Source of the DNA: an uncultured Candidatus Peribacteria bacterium
GTDB lineage: Bacteria; Patescibacteriota; Gracilibacteria; UBA1369; LOWO2-01-FULL-3
Assembly (NCBI GenBank): GCA_964356355.1
Contig: CAYHGX010000005.1
Span: 495-64,494 of the forward strand
DNA: 64,000 nt
Direction: 5' to 3'
Positions 1-8,254 of the stretch are shown here, in pieces. The notes under the pieces are model-generated. The model was not told where the DNA came from. It ran no database searches and saw nothing but the letters and a program-made list of their open reading frames with translations. Each line of letters starts with the position of its first letter. The first letter of the stretch is position 1. Position numbers and translations under genes: made by a program.

Positions 1-3000
1 CCTGATGTACTTAAGGCACATGACAATATTCTGAAGCGTGGGCGCTTGACTGATGGTGAGAAAGTTATTGTAAATGAACGAATAAAATTTCAGGCTGATC
101 AATTAGAGCGGATGAGAGATGCTCTTTTGATGAAGCTTGCTGGTGAACATGATTACTTTATGTCACTTGGCGTAAGTCAGATTGGTGATTTGCCTGCGGC
201 AGAGCGTCCTTATGTTGCCCAGAGGCTTGATGGATATTTACAGTTGCTTGGTGAGAATAGAAAGGTTTGCGCTCGCCTTATTGGTGTGAATTCTGATTTT
301 AAGCTCGTAAATTCTAAGGATCTTTTTATTCCTGATGAGATTTCTTTATTTAAGACTACTGATTCAGATATTGTTGGTCAGGTCAAAGAAGTGGCTCATT
401 TTCTTGGTGGCGAAAAGGCTGTTGCTGATATGAAGGTCTCATCTATTGAGGAGATGTCTATGTCTCCTTTGCAGGATAGGCTACTGTCCAAGGAAACCGA
501 ACCTTTTGCGAGAAATGCTGCTGATATTGTTAAAAACCTTGATAAACCTTTTGTGGCTGTCTCTACAATTGGTAAGAGGTTTAATGATTTCCGTGCTGAT
601 CCAGAAAAGGCAAAGGAGAAGGGAGTTACTGCATTTAAGTTGTTTGATGGCACAATTAGGGATTACGATAAATTAATTACTGGAATTCAGGGTGCCCGCG
701 GTGAGCTTGGTGGTTTAAGAAAAAAATTAGAGGCTCAATTGCTGCATAAGGCTGATAAGGATCTGAGTCCGGAGCTGAGGGCGGCCAGGGCGAAGGTATT
801 TAATAATGCGATTGATAATATAGATTTTCTTTTAAATGATGATAAGTCCCCTCTTAGCTTAAAGGTGCTTGCTGGGATAGAGGCTAAGAGAACTGAACTA
901 TCAGATGCTCAACGTGATTTCGCCAATAAGGAGGGCTGGAAAATTATAGCTTTTGCGGGTGTGCTGGCCACTGCGTTGGCTGGTGGTATCATTCTGGGTG
1001 CCATAGGGCGCTCTGCAGGAATGGCCTTGTTTAGTGAAGGAGCGATTGGTGCTCAGGTAGGCCTTGGAGCGAAATTAGGCATTGGACTTTCCTCAATGGC
1101 AGGGACGGCAGTTGGTGCAACTTTGGGTCAAAGAATCGGATCAGAAATCACTGATGCCATGGGAATTTCAAATTTTGATGTAAGTTGGAAGGCTGAGGAT
1201 TTAGCGATGGATATGGGTACAAATTTTCTTTGGTCTGCGGGATTTGTAGTTGGGGCCAAGGGGATTGTTGGTGGGCTTAAAATGATGGGCGCTTCTGAAT
1301 CTGCACTTTTATCATCTGTTGGTGCTAAGGGACTTGATTCACTTGGAGCTTTGCAGAAACTTGCTTCTCCTCATGAATGGTATGCACAGGGCGCTTCACA
1401 TACTGCAAAAGGATTTCTGAAGACTTTTGGGATACAATTTGGTAGAGAATTTGGGGAGGAATCGGTTGAGGGTGCTGGTGATGCCGTGAATCCTATTCTT
1501 GGAGGACTTTTATCGCTGGTGAATTCGGCTGATGGCATGAATATTTCACTTTCCAAGATTGGAATGGACATGAAGAAATTAGGTCTTTCATTAGAACATG
1601 GTTCAGCAACTTACAATTTAAATTCTCCGCAGGAGCTTGTGGCTAACCTGGAGAGTTATTTTGGGAAAAGAGCCTTTTTGGATGCTGATGTAAAGGTTAA
1701 TCCTGATGGAAGCGTGAGAATTAGGGTGATTGGTCAAAACTTAGCTCAATCCGGTGAGGTAACTATAAGACCTGCGGACATTGGTATGACTCCTCATGCT
1801 GAGATTGCTCAGGTACCGGGTGTTGATGTTGTTTCTGGCGGATATCGAGTGAAGGGTGCTCAGAGTATGGGCCGTGCGTTAACAAGTCTAACAGCGCGTG
1901 GCTTTACGGTGGAAATGACTGAAAAGGGTATCAAGGCTTCTAAACCCGGCAGCGAGTCTGTGGACATTGCAGTGGATGCGAAGACGAGGGCGGAATTTGA
2001 GGCCAACCTGGATGGTTTAAATAAGAGGGCTGAGAGGATGGCCGATTTGGCAACTCTTGTGAGGGAGGGGCGCGCTACGGGTGAGACTGTTCAAGGTTTT
2101 TATAAGGAATTTGGTTTTTTTGCAGTTTCTCTGATTATGACAGGATGTGGTGTAAGAGAAACTATTGCTGGGGGTATTGGCCTGGGAGGTTTGCTTCCAC
2201 TTGCAATAGTTGGCATTAAGGATGGGTTAATTGGCCAAAGAGTTGGAAGGAACAAGGTTCACTTTAAGGGTCTGATGGATCTTCTAAGTCACTTGAAAAA
2301 TAAGGACTTTGCTACTCAATTAGCCGATGTTGCAACTAATTTAGATAGTGCAAGTGCTATGATTCCTGATCCTGTAGCTGGAAGCCCGGCTCATCCGCGT
2401 GCAGCAGTGAAGTCAAAAATCGATGATCTTAATAGTCGTATAGTAAGGGGTAGTTTGCTTGATTTAAGTGACCCAGCAGGCCCTCAAGTGGGTGAAGTTC
2501 TTGGTGACATTGAGGATGCTTTGTATCGCACATGGGATAGAGCTAAGGCAACTGCGTTGATGGACGCCATTAGAAATGATGTACGTCTTATTCTTAGAGA
2601 TATCAATTCTCCTGCTAATTTGACGGAAAATTTAAATAGACTTGAGGCAAATTTGAGTGCGTTAGGAGACCCCGTGAATAAAATTGGAAAATTTAAATCC
2701 CCCTATGTTGGGGCTGTAATTTGGGCCATACTAGGTGCTCTTTTAGCAGCTGGTATTTCTCCGTCAAACAGTGTGTCGTCAGTAGGTACTGCTCCACCTG
2801 CGACTGGGGCGGGTCAGATTGATACTACGCCTGCTACTGTGTCTGCTCCTCCTGCTACCGGGGCGGGTCAGGTTATTCCAGACGGTGCAGCGGCTAAGGC
2901 GGCTGCTGAAGCTGAAGCCAGGGCTAAAGCGGCGGCTGATGCTGAGGCGGCTGCTGAGGCTAAAGAGGCAGCCAAGGCTAAAGAGGCAGGCAAGCCTAAG

Positions 3001-3024
3001 CGGAAGGAGTTAATTGTGGAATAA
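1..3024 (+). CDS. Large hypothetical membrane-associated protein; 5' end lies outside the window
   Basis: The track ORF is 46..3024 (992 aa), but the same frame is open back to nt 1 and the listed M at 46 is a TTG. It has Gly/Ala-rich hydrophobic blocks (WKIIAFAGVLATALAGGIILGAIG, IAGGIGLGGLLPLAIVG, YVGAVIWAILGALLAAGI). APPATGAGQ occurs twice, and the tail is Ala/Glu/Lys-rich. No family recognised. Confidence 0.6.
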   Translation, partial: PDVLKAHDNILKRGRLTDGEKVIVNERIKFQADQLERMRDALLMKLAGEHDYFMSLGVSQIGDLPAAERPYVAQRLDGYLQLLGENRKVCARLIGVNSDFKLVNSKDLFIPDEISLFKTTDSDIVGQVKEVAHFLGGEKAVADMKVSSIEEMSMSPLQDRLLSKETEPFARNAADIVKNLDKPFVAVSTIGKRFNDFRADPEKAKEKGVTAFKLFDGTIRDYDKLITGIQGARGELGGLRKKLEAQLLHKADKDLSPELRAARAKVFNNAIDNIDFLLNDDKSPLSLKVLAGIEAKRTELSDAQRDFANKEGWKIIAFAGVLATALAGGIILGAIGRSAGMALFSEGAIGAQVGLGAKLGIGLSSMAGTAVGATLGQRIGSEITDAMGISNFDVSWKAEDLAMDMGTNFLWSAGFVVGAKGIVGGLKMMGASESALLSSVGAKGLDSLGALQKLASPHEWYAQGASHTAKGFLKTFGIQFGREFGEESVEGAGDAVNPILGGLLSLVNSADGMNISLSKIGMDMKKLGLSLEHGSATYNLNSPQELVANLESYFGKRAFLDADVKVNPDGSVRIRVIGQNLAQSGEVTIRPADIGMTPHAEIAQVPGVDVVSGGYRVKGAQSMGRALTSLTARGFTVEMTEKGIKASKPGSESVDIAVDAKTRAEFEANLDGLNKRAERMADLATLVREGRATGETVQGFYKEFGFFAVSLIMTGCGVRETIAGGIGLGGLLPLAIVGIKDGLIGQRVGRNKVHFKGLMDLLSHLKNKDFATQLADVATNLDSASAMIPDPVAGSPAHPRAAVKSKIDDLNSRIVRGSLLDLSDPAGPQVGEVLGDIEDALYRTWDRAKATALMDAIRNDVRLILRDINSPANLTENLNRLEANLSALGDPVNKIGKFKSPYVGAVIWAILGALLAAGISPSNSVSSVGTAPPATGAGQIDTTPATVSAPPATGAGQVIPDGAAAKAAAEAEARAKAAADAEAAAEAKEAAKAKEAGKPKRKELIVE

Positions 3025-3047
3025 TAAAAACTTATATATCTCTACTT

Positions 3048-4067
3048 ATGATAAATCCAATCGATGTAATTAGTAAGTTTGTAGGAGATGACGAGGCGAA
3101 GGCTGGTGAAAAGTCGGCTGAAAAGAAGGGTGAGCCCGGGTTTCTTGATAAGTTTAAAATTGCTTATGAGAGGGCTTCTAAGGCCAAGGATAAGGGGATG
3201 TTTGAAAGGGTGAAGATTTTCGCTACTACTTTAGTTATGGAATTCTTGGGGTTGGATGAGGAACAAAAGGCGGTGACAAAAAAAACTGAGACAGAGGTGA
3301 AATCTGCTGTAGATGATGCGATGAAGGGTGCCAAAGATAAAGCTAATCTGAGCGGGGCAACTCCTGAGGATTCTGCTGCCTATGATGAGGTGCTGGCGAT
3401 AGGTGTGGCGAGCAAGGCTAGCTTGGATGCCGAGCATACTGCCCTTGCTGATTCCGCTATGGGGAAGGTTCAGGAGCGTGTGGCAGGTAAAAATTCCGAT
3501 ATGTGCACATTTGATGAAACTACTACAATGGCTGGAATGGCCTTAATGACTTTGGCTCAGCTTCGTGACAAATACCCTGACAAATTCACCTTTATCAAGG
3601 CGCTACAGAAATTTTCCGAAGTTTCTGAGAAAAGTAAATTCCCTATTTCAAAGCTTTTCGCTGATAATGTACTTGCCCTGTTTAGAATTGATTTAGATGA
3701 TAATCAGCTTAATGCTGCCTCTTTGCTTGGGAAATTCGGAATGGGCGCACTAGGAATTGGTGTGCTTGGTAAATTTGGCAAGGAGGATGCCATTGCGGCC
3801 TTCAACTCATTGAAGAGCTCTCCCATGACTGACGAGGAGAAGACTGTGGATTTCTTTAAAGATCATATCTTTGTAAATACCGAGAAGGACAACGTGAAGG
3901 ACGCATTGCATACTATCAATTCGATGCTGCTTGCGGGAGATAAAAAACTGGATCCTTTAGCGTTGACTGATCTGATTTTCAAGATTGATAGGAGGGACTA
4001 TAATACATTGGTAACGGCTTTGGTTGGTCCTGAAAATTATTTGGCTCGTAAGGCTGCTGTTAGTTAA
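3048..4067 (+). CDS. Hypothetical protein (339 aa)
   Basis: Long ORF starting 23 nt after the upstream stop on the same strand. Charged and helical-looking, with no recognisable motif. Confidence 0.6.
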   Translation: MINPIDVISKFVGDDEAKAGEKSAEKKGEPGFLDKFKIAYERASKAKDKGMFERVKIFATTLVMEFLGLDEEQKAVTKKTETEVKSAVDDAMKGAKDKANLSGATPEDSAAYDEVLAIGVASKASLDAEHTALADSAMGKVQERVAGKNSDMCTFDETTTMAGMALMTLAQLRDKYPDKFTFIKALQKFSEVSEKSKFPISKLFADNVLALFRIDLDDNQLNAASLLGKFGMGALGIGVLGKFGKEDAIAAFNSLKSSPMTDEEKTVDFFKDHIFVNTEKDNVKDALHTINSMLLAGDKKLDPLALTDLIFKIDRRDYNTLVTALVGPENYLARKAAVS

Positions 4068-4077
4068 CAATAATTGT

Positions 4078-4308
4078 ATGAGCTTGAAACGCGAAATTAT
4101 GGATCTTCTAACAAGCTCTACTATTAGTGAGCATAGTAAGTCGATGGTGCTTACGATGTTGCCGGTGATGAGTGATGACACGGAGAAAAAAATATATGAT
4201 GCATTGGTTTTGGAGGCTCAGAGGAATGATCAGATAGGCGATAAAAAGCGCAGGTTGCAGCTAAAGTACGAGGTGATGATGCAAAAGCTAGATAAAGTGC
4301 AGAAATAG
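4078..4308 (+). CDS. Small hypothetical protein (76 aa)
   Basis: Track ORF 4024..4308 overlaps the previous gene. The first ATG, at 4078 (MSLKREIMDLL...), lies 10 nt past the 4067 stop. Confidence 0.45.
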   Translation: MSLKREIMDLLTSSTISEHSKSMVLTMLPVMSDDTEKKIYDALVLEAQRNDQIGDKKRRLQLKYEVMMQKLDKVQK

Positions 4309-4310
4309 GG

Positions 4311-4339
4311 TTGACGCGGGGGAAGTATCCCCGTATATT
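4311..4339 (+). promoter_or_regulatory. Sigma70-like promoter candidate (TTGACG-17-TATATT)
   Basis: TTGACG at 4311-4316, a 17-nt spacer, then TATATT at 4334-4339. The spacer itself is a small hairpin (CGGGG-N7-CCCCG), so it could instead be a weak stem-loop after the upstream gene. Confidence 0.3.
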
Positions 4340-4415
4340 TAGATAGCTTTCAATCTTGATGGATTAGGATTTTAAGGCTTTTCTAGGGCGTTATGACTCC
4401 TAAGTCTAAAAAGAG

Positions 4416-4441
4416 CCCTTCCCCAAGCGGGAAGGGTTTTT
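4416..4441 (+). terminator. Rho-independent terminator (hairpin is symmetric and usable on both strands)
   Basis: CCCTTCCC-caagc-GGGAAGGG gives an 8-bp GC-rich stem. It is followed by TTTTT on the plus strand and flanked by an A-run on the other side. Confidence 0.6.
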
Positions 4442-4644
4442 GCATTTTGAAACTGCTAGGAAGCGCGCGCTACTTCGTCAACTGCGTCGCCTATTTTTCG
4501 CCGTACATTATGGTACGGCTCATGCATAGGCTCCTTGTTTCCTCGTATCGCATCGGTTCCTAGAAGTTTATCGGCTTTTACTCCTGATGCTACGCCCCGC
4601 TCAACATGATTTTTTCACGTTTATTGGTAGGCGCCTGCTTTTAC

Positions 4645-4672
4645 TTGAATTTCTGGTGGTTCCTGATAGAAT
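4645..4672 (+). promoter_or_regulatory. Promoter candidate for tRNA-His (TTGAAT-16-TAGAAT)
   Basis: TTGAAT at 4645-4650 and TAGAAT at 4667-4672, about 35 nt upstream of the tRNA. The same -10 hexamer occurs at the rplK and rpsT promoters. Confidence 0.4.
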
Positions 4673-4707
4673 CTTCCTGTTGCCGTTTTGGCGACGAAAA
4701 TCAGTGT

Positions 4708-4785
4708 GGTGAATGTAGCTCAGTTGGTTAGAGCATCAGGTTGTGGTCCTGAGGGTCGTGGGTTCGAACCCCATCATTCACCCCA
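4708..4785 (+). tRNA. tRNA-His (anticodon GTG) with encoded G-1 and CCA
   Basis: The cloverleaf can be read by eye. There is an extra 5' G, and the acceptor stem is GTGAATG/CATTCAC. The D-arm is GCTCAGTTGGTTAGAGC and the anticodon arm is TCAGG-TTGTGGT-CCTGA. The T-arm is GTGGG-TTCGAAC-CCCAT. The discriminator C pairs with G-1, and the 3' end is CCA. Confidence 0.9.
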
Positions 4786-4788
4786 TAT

Positions 4789-4971
4789 TTACATTCGATC
4801 TAATGTTGCTTTATCGGCGTTTGATTTTGTGTCGATAGATCGCTTGTCTGATGTAGCCTTTGCACTAATAGCGGCTTTCTCGGCGCTTACCCTCCTATCA
4901 ATTGCTGCTTTTTCAGCAGTTGCCGACCTGCTTATCCCTTCTCGCGCAGATGCTTTCGCAGTGGGGTCCAT
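4789..4971 (-). CDS. Small low-complexity protein with 11-residue periodicity (LEA-like?)
   Basis: 60-aa ORF with repeats such as SATAEKAAIDRRV / SAEKAAISAKAT / SDKRSIDTKSN. It sits 23 nt downstream of the lmo0937-type ORF in the same orientation. Weakly supported. Confidence 0.3.
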   Translation of the reverse strand: MDPTAKASAREGISRSATAEKAAIDRRVSAEKAAISAKATSDKRSIDTKSNADKATLDRM

Positions 4972-4994
4972 ATGAGTTATAGGTTATTAACATA

Positions 4995-5144
4995 TTATAG
5001 CACTCTTCGACCCTGAATTACCCTAATCAGTACAACGATGACGGCCAACACGAGAAGGATGTGAATGAATCCTCCAAGTGTATATGCTGTAACTAAACCT
5101 AGAGCCCAGAGCACAACTAAAATGATAGCGATTGTCCAAAGCAT
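4995..5144 (-). CDS. lmo0937-family small membrane protein (49 aa); absent from the ORF track
   Basis: My own translation is MLWTIAIILVVLWALGLVTAYTLGGFIHILLVLAVIVVLIRVIQGRRVL*. This matches the remembered consensus of the widespread two-helix lmo0937 family. ATG at 5144-5142, TAA at 4997-4995. Confidence 0.7.
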   Translation of the reverse strand: MLWTIAIILVVLWALGLVTAYTLGGFIHILLVLAVIVVLIRVIQGRRVL

Positions 5145-5168
5145 AGAATTTTTTGTTAAATAAATGAA

Positions 5169-5483
5169 TTATTTTGAATATTCAGCCTCCATTTCATGCC
5201 ATCTTGATTGCAATGCAGTTATAAGTTTATTTTTTGCATCACTAGCAAGTTTTTTCTTTCTTGCAAAGTCATCAACCAAAGTTGTTACTAATTCATTAAA
5301 GTTTTCTTTGGTTACATCTTCTAGTTGGTGGAGATTTTTTTTCAAATTTTTGGCCAACGTTTTAAGGTCTTCCCGCAATTCTTCGGTAAGTTCTTCACCT
5401 TCCTTGGTCATGGAGAATCCCGCGACGGCTGCAACCGTCAATAGTCCACCTAAAATAAGTCCTTTTTTAAATGTGTTTTTCAT
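5169..5483 (-). CDS. YtxH domain-containing protein
   Basis: N-terminal hydrophobic helix (GLILGGLLTVAAVAGF) followed by a charged helical region, the typical YtxH general-stress layout. Confidence 0.7.
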   Translation of the reverse strand: MKNTFKKGLILGGLLTVAAVAGFSMTKEGEELTEELREDLKTLAKNLKKNLHQLEDVTKENFNELVTTLVDDFARKKKLASDAKNKLITALQSRWHEMEAEYSK

Positions 5484-5495
5484 ACTTATAAGGGG

Positions 5496-5737
5496 TTAAA
5501 AGTACTTCAAGGTAAAACAAACGACTTTCCCTTCGCGATCTTTTTGTAACAGACTGGAATGCATTAAAACTTCAAGATGCTGTGAGGCCAATGGAATGGA
5601 AACAGTTAGGATCTTGGCTACACTGCTAGTAGAGATTTTTGGTTTTGTGCAAGAATGGGAAAATTCGATAACGATTCACGTCACTTAGCACTTTATCGCC
5701 GCCCCTTTAAATTATTAGTCAATGGTAAAAGTGTCAT
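5496..5737 (-). pseudogene. ArsR/SmtB-family HTH regulator disrupted by two frame changes (or by homopolymer sequencing errors)
   Basis: One frame gives ...ISTSSVAKILTVSIPLASQHLEVLMHSSLLQKDREGKVVCFTLKYF*, which is HTH plus wing with the S-x-H-L-x-x-L signature. A second frame upstream gives GDKVLSDVNRYRIFPFLHKTKNLY*. A third frame holds the only ATG (MTLLPLTNNLKGRR*). The frame switches fall at A/T and C runs. Confidence 0.5.
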
Positions 5738-5862
5738 GCAACCTGGAGTCCCAGATTGGTGGTATATCGTCTAGTGCATTGACTGGATTTACATTATTAG
5801 TCGACATGGTTGCCTATATGTGCTACAGTTATTAGGAATCGTAATATCTTAACGTCAACAAT

Positions 5863-6063
5863 ATGACTGGAACGATCAAAAAGAAAACAGATAAAGGCTT
5901 CGGCTTTATCGCTGCAGAGGGCTTAGATAAGGATTTATTCTTTCACAGCAAATCTCTTGTAGGTGTAGCTTTCGATGACCTTAACGAAGGTGACGAAGTT
6001 ACTTTTGAGGCTGAAGAGTCTCCAAAAGGTCTTAATGCTGTTAATGTTCAGCTAGTAGGCTAA
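5863..6063 (+). CDS. cspA: Cold-shock protein (CspA family)
   Basis: 66 aa with RNP1 KGFGFI and RNP2-like LFFHS. Confidence 0.9.
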   Translation: MTGTIKKKTDKGFGFIAAEGLDKDLFFHSKSLVGVAFDDLNEGDEVTFEAEESPKGLNAVNVQLVG

Positions 6064-6079
6064 TTGTTTTCACATGAAG

Positions 6080-6109
6080 AGACCGCCCCAATTGGAAGCG
6101 GTCTTTTTT
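6080..6109 (+). terminator. Rho-independent terminator after csp
   Basis: AGACCGC-N11-GCGGTCT followed by TTTTTT. It lies between the convergent csp and typA genes. Confidence 0.6.
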
Positions 6110-6129
6110 GTTGTCTTTATGTTCCTGTA

Positions 6130-7920
6130 TTAATTACGCTTTCTGTCGTTTTCTGTGAGGAACTTTTTGCGAAGACGTACGGACTTTGGTGTGATTTCTA
6201 CGTATTCGTCGTCCTTAATATACTCGATAGCCATTTCCAGTGTCATGCGGATTGGCGGTGTGAGGGTGAGGGCCTCATCGTTGCCGGATGAACGAGTATT
6301 GGTGAGTTTCTTATTTTTCAAAGGGTTTACCACTAGATCGGTGCCCTGATTGTGCTCGCCAATAATCATGCCTTCGTATACCTCCACGGCTGGGTCCACA
6401 AAGATTGGGCCGCGCTCCTGGAGCTTCCAAAGTGAATAAGCCATGGTTGGGCCAGTTTCGCCGGAGATCATGGATCCAACGCTGCGTTTTTCGATTGGCC
6501 CTCTATATGGAGCAAAATGGTCAAAAGAGTGAAAGAGTGTACCTTCACCTTTTGTCATGATTAGGAAGCTCGAACGGAAGCCAAGCAGGCCACGTGTAGG
6601 CACTTCAAATTCCATCATTGTATTACCGTTTTCTGATTTCATGTTTTTCATAATACCTTTTCTACCGGAGACCATTTCAATAACGGAACCGGCCATTTCA
6701 TCGGGGATGTTGATAACAGCGAATTCGATTGGCTCGTTTTTAACGCCATCAATATCTTGCATGATCACCTGTGGCTGGGAAATCTGCAATTCATAACCTT
6801 CACGGCGCATAGTTTCGATCAAAACCGCAATGTGCATCTCTCCCCTACCAAACACCTTAATTCCATCACTACCAGGAATATCTTCGATCTTAAGACCAAC
6901 GTTGGTTTCCAGTTCTTTTTCGAGACGTGCACGGATATGGCGGCTAGTTACGTATTTACCTTCGCGACCTGCAAATGGTGAATCGTTCACCATGAATTCA
7001 ATGGCAAGGGCTGGGGGGTCGATGCGGATCGCCGGAATGGCATCTGCATTTTCGTCTGTCGTAATGGTCTCTCCAACATAAATGTCGGGCATACCGGCTA
7101 AGGCGACGATATCGCCTGCACAAACCGTTTCTGCCTCAGTTCTTTGGAGTCCTTTGAAGGTGAATACTTTTGATAGTCGTCCAACGCGTTTTTCGCCCTG
7201 AGAGTTGATAATGAAAACATTTTTATTGGCGCTGATTTGACCCTCTGTGATGCGTCCAACTGCGATACGACCCAAAAAGTTGTCGTAAGCAAGAGTGGCC
7301 GGCTGCATGCGGAATGGCTTTGTAATGTCGTCCTGGGCAGGAGTAACATGTTCAAGAATAAAATCCAATAGTGGAGTAATGTCTTTGCGTTCGTCTGTAA
7401 GCTTCTTAACTGCAACTCCATCACGAGCAATTGTGTAAATGTAAGGGAAATCGAGCTGTTCATTACTGGCGCCAAGATTTGAAAAAAGGTCAAAAGTGAG
7501 ATCTACTACCTCATCAGGTCGAGCCATTGGTTTGTCGATCTTATTAATGATAACTAGGACCTTGAGGCCGAGTTCGAGTGATTTTCTAAGTACAAATTTT
7601 GTTTGTGGCATAGGGCCTTCATAGGCATCTACTAATAGCAGTACCGCATCAACCGTACGGAGTACACGCTCCACCTCGGAGCCAAAATCGGCATGGCCAG
7701 GCGTATCAACTATGTTTATCTTCGTGTCTTTATATGCAATTGAGGCATTTTTTGCGTAAATGGTAATGCCTCGCTCTTTTTCCTGATCGTTGGAATCCAT
7801 TACTCTTTCCTCAACTTGCTGATGCTGCTCAAATGCTCCTCCAGCTTTTAGAAGCGAGTCTACTAGAGTTGTTTTACCGTGATCTACGTGGGCAATGATT
7901 GCTATATTTCTTATTTCCAT
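6130..7920 (-). CDS. typA: Translational GTPase TypA/BipA
   Basis: MEIRNIAIIAHVDHGKTTLVD G1 motif, DTPGHADF, NKID and an EF-G-like C-terminus. The start was moved from 7974 to the ATG at 7920, which gives the canonical N-terminus. Confidence 0.9.
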   Translation of the reverse strand: MEIRNIAIIAHVDHGKTTLVDSLLKAGGAFEQHQQVEERVMDSNDQEKERGITIYAKNASIAYKDTKINIVDTPGHADFGSEVERVLRTVDAVLLLVDAYEGPMPQTKFVLRKSLELGLKVLVIINKIDKPMARPDEVVDLTFDLFSNLGASNEQLDFPYIYTIARDGVAVKKLTDERKDITPLLDFILEHVTPAQDDITKPFRMQPATLAYDNFLGRIAVGRITEGQISANKNVFIINSQGEKRVGRLSKVFTFKGLQRTEAETVCAGDIVALAGMPDIYVGETITTDENADAIPAIRIDPPALAIEFMVNDSPFAGREGKYVTSRHIRARLEKELETNVGLKIEDIPGSDGIKVFGRGEMHIAVLIETMRREGYELQISQPQVIMQDIDGVKNEPIEFAVINIPDEMAGSVIEMVSGRKGIMKNMKSENGNTMMEFEVPTRGLLGFRSSFLIMTKGEGTLFHSFDHFAPYRGPIEKRSVGSMISGETGPTMAYSLWKLQERGPIFVDPAVEVYEGMIIGEHNQGTDLVVNPLKNKKLTNTRSSGNDEALTLTPPIRMTLEMAIEYIKDDEYVEITPKSVRLRKKFLTENDRKRN

Positions 7921-7946
7921 TTTTTTGTAAATTATTATTCCAAAAG

Positions 7947-7974
7947 ATTCTACAGAAAAAATCAAGGATGGCAA
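7947..7974 (-). promoter_or_regulatory. Promoter candidate for typA (TTGCCA-16-TAGAAT on the minus strand)
   Basis: The reverse complement of 7969-7974 is TTGCCA and that of 7947-7952 is TAGAAT. The element ends about 27 nt upstream of the 7920 ATG. Confidence 0.45.
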
Positions 7975-8033
7975 GTTCTAAATGGCATTTGCCGATATCT
8001 GTGCTATGATTGTGCTTAGTTTTAACCTTACAT

Positions 8034-8243
8034 ATGGAGAATAAATTTTTAATTGATTTGGCTGTGAAGTATGGCCTTTTGGACTGGCAGATAGTTAAGA
8101 TTACCAATTGCGCGCATTTTGTTGGTGCGAATGGCGATTTCGATAAATTCAAGAGGATCGCAGAATATATTTGCGAGAATAAGATTGTTGATGAGCCCGA
8201 GGATGTGATTGCCGAAGAACTTAGGAGAAATGCGATTGTATAG
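8034..8243 (+). CDS. Small hypothetical protein (69 aa)
   Basis: Track ORF is 8010..8243. An extended -10 element (TGcTATGAT, 8002-8010) favours the ATG at 8034 (MENKFLIDL...). Confidence 0.4.
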   Translation: MENKFLIDLAVKYGLLDWQIVKITNCAHFVGANGDFDKFKRIAEYICENKIVDEPEDVIAEELRRNAIV

Positions 8244-8254
8244 CTCTCTGGTCC

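Noticed and set aside
4688-4975. 95-aa plus-strand ORF
   Set aside because: Its 5' part is the tRNA-His gene itself, and the rest is antisense to a better-supported small ORF. It has no protein-like features.
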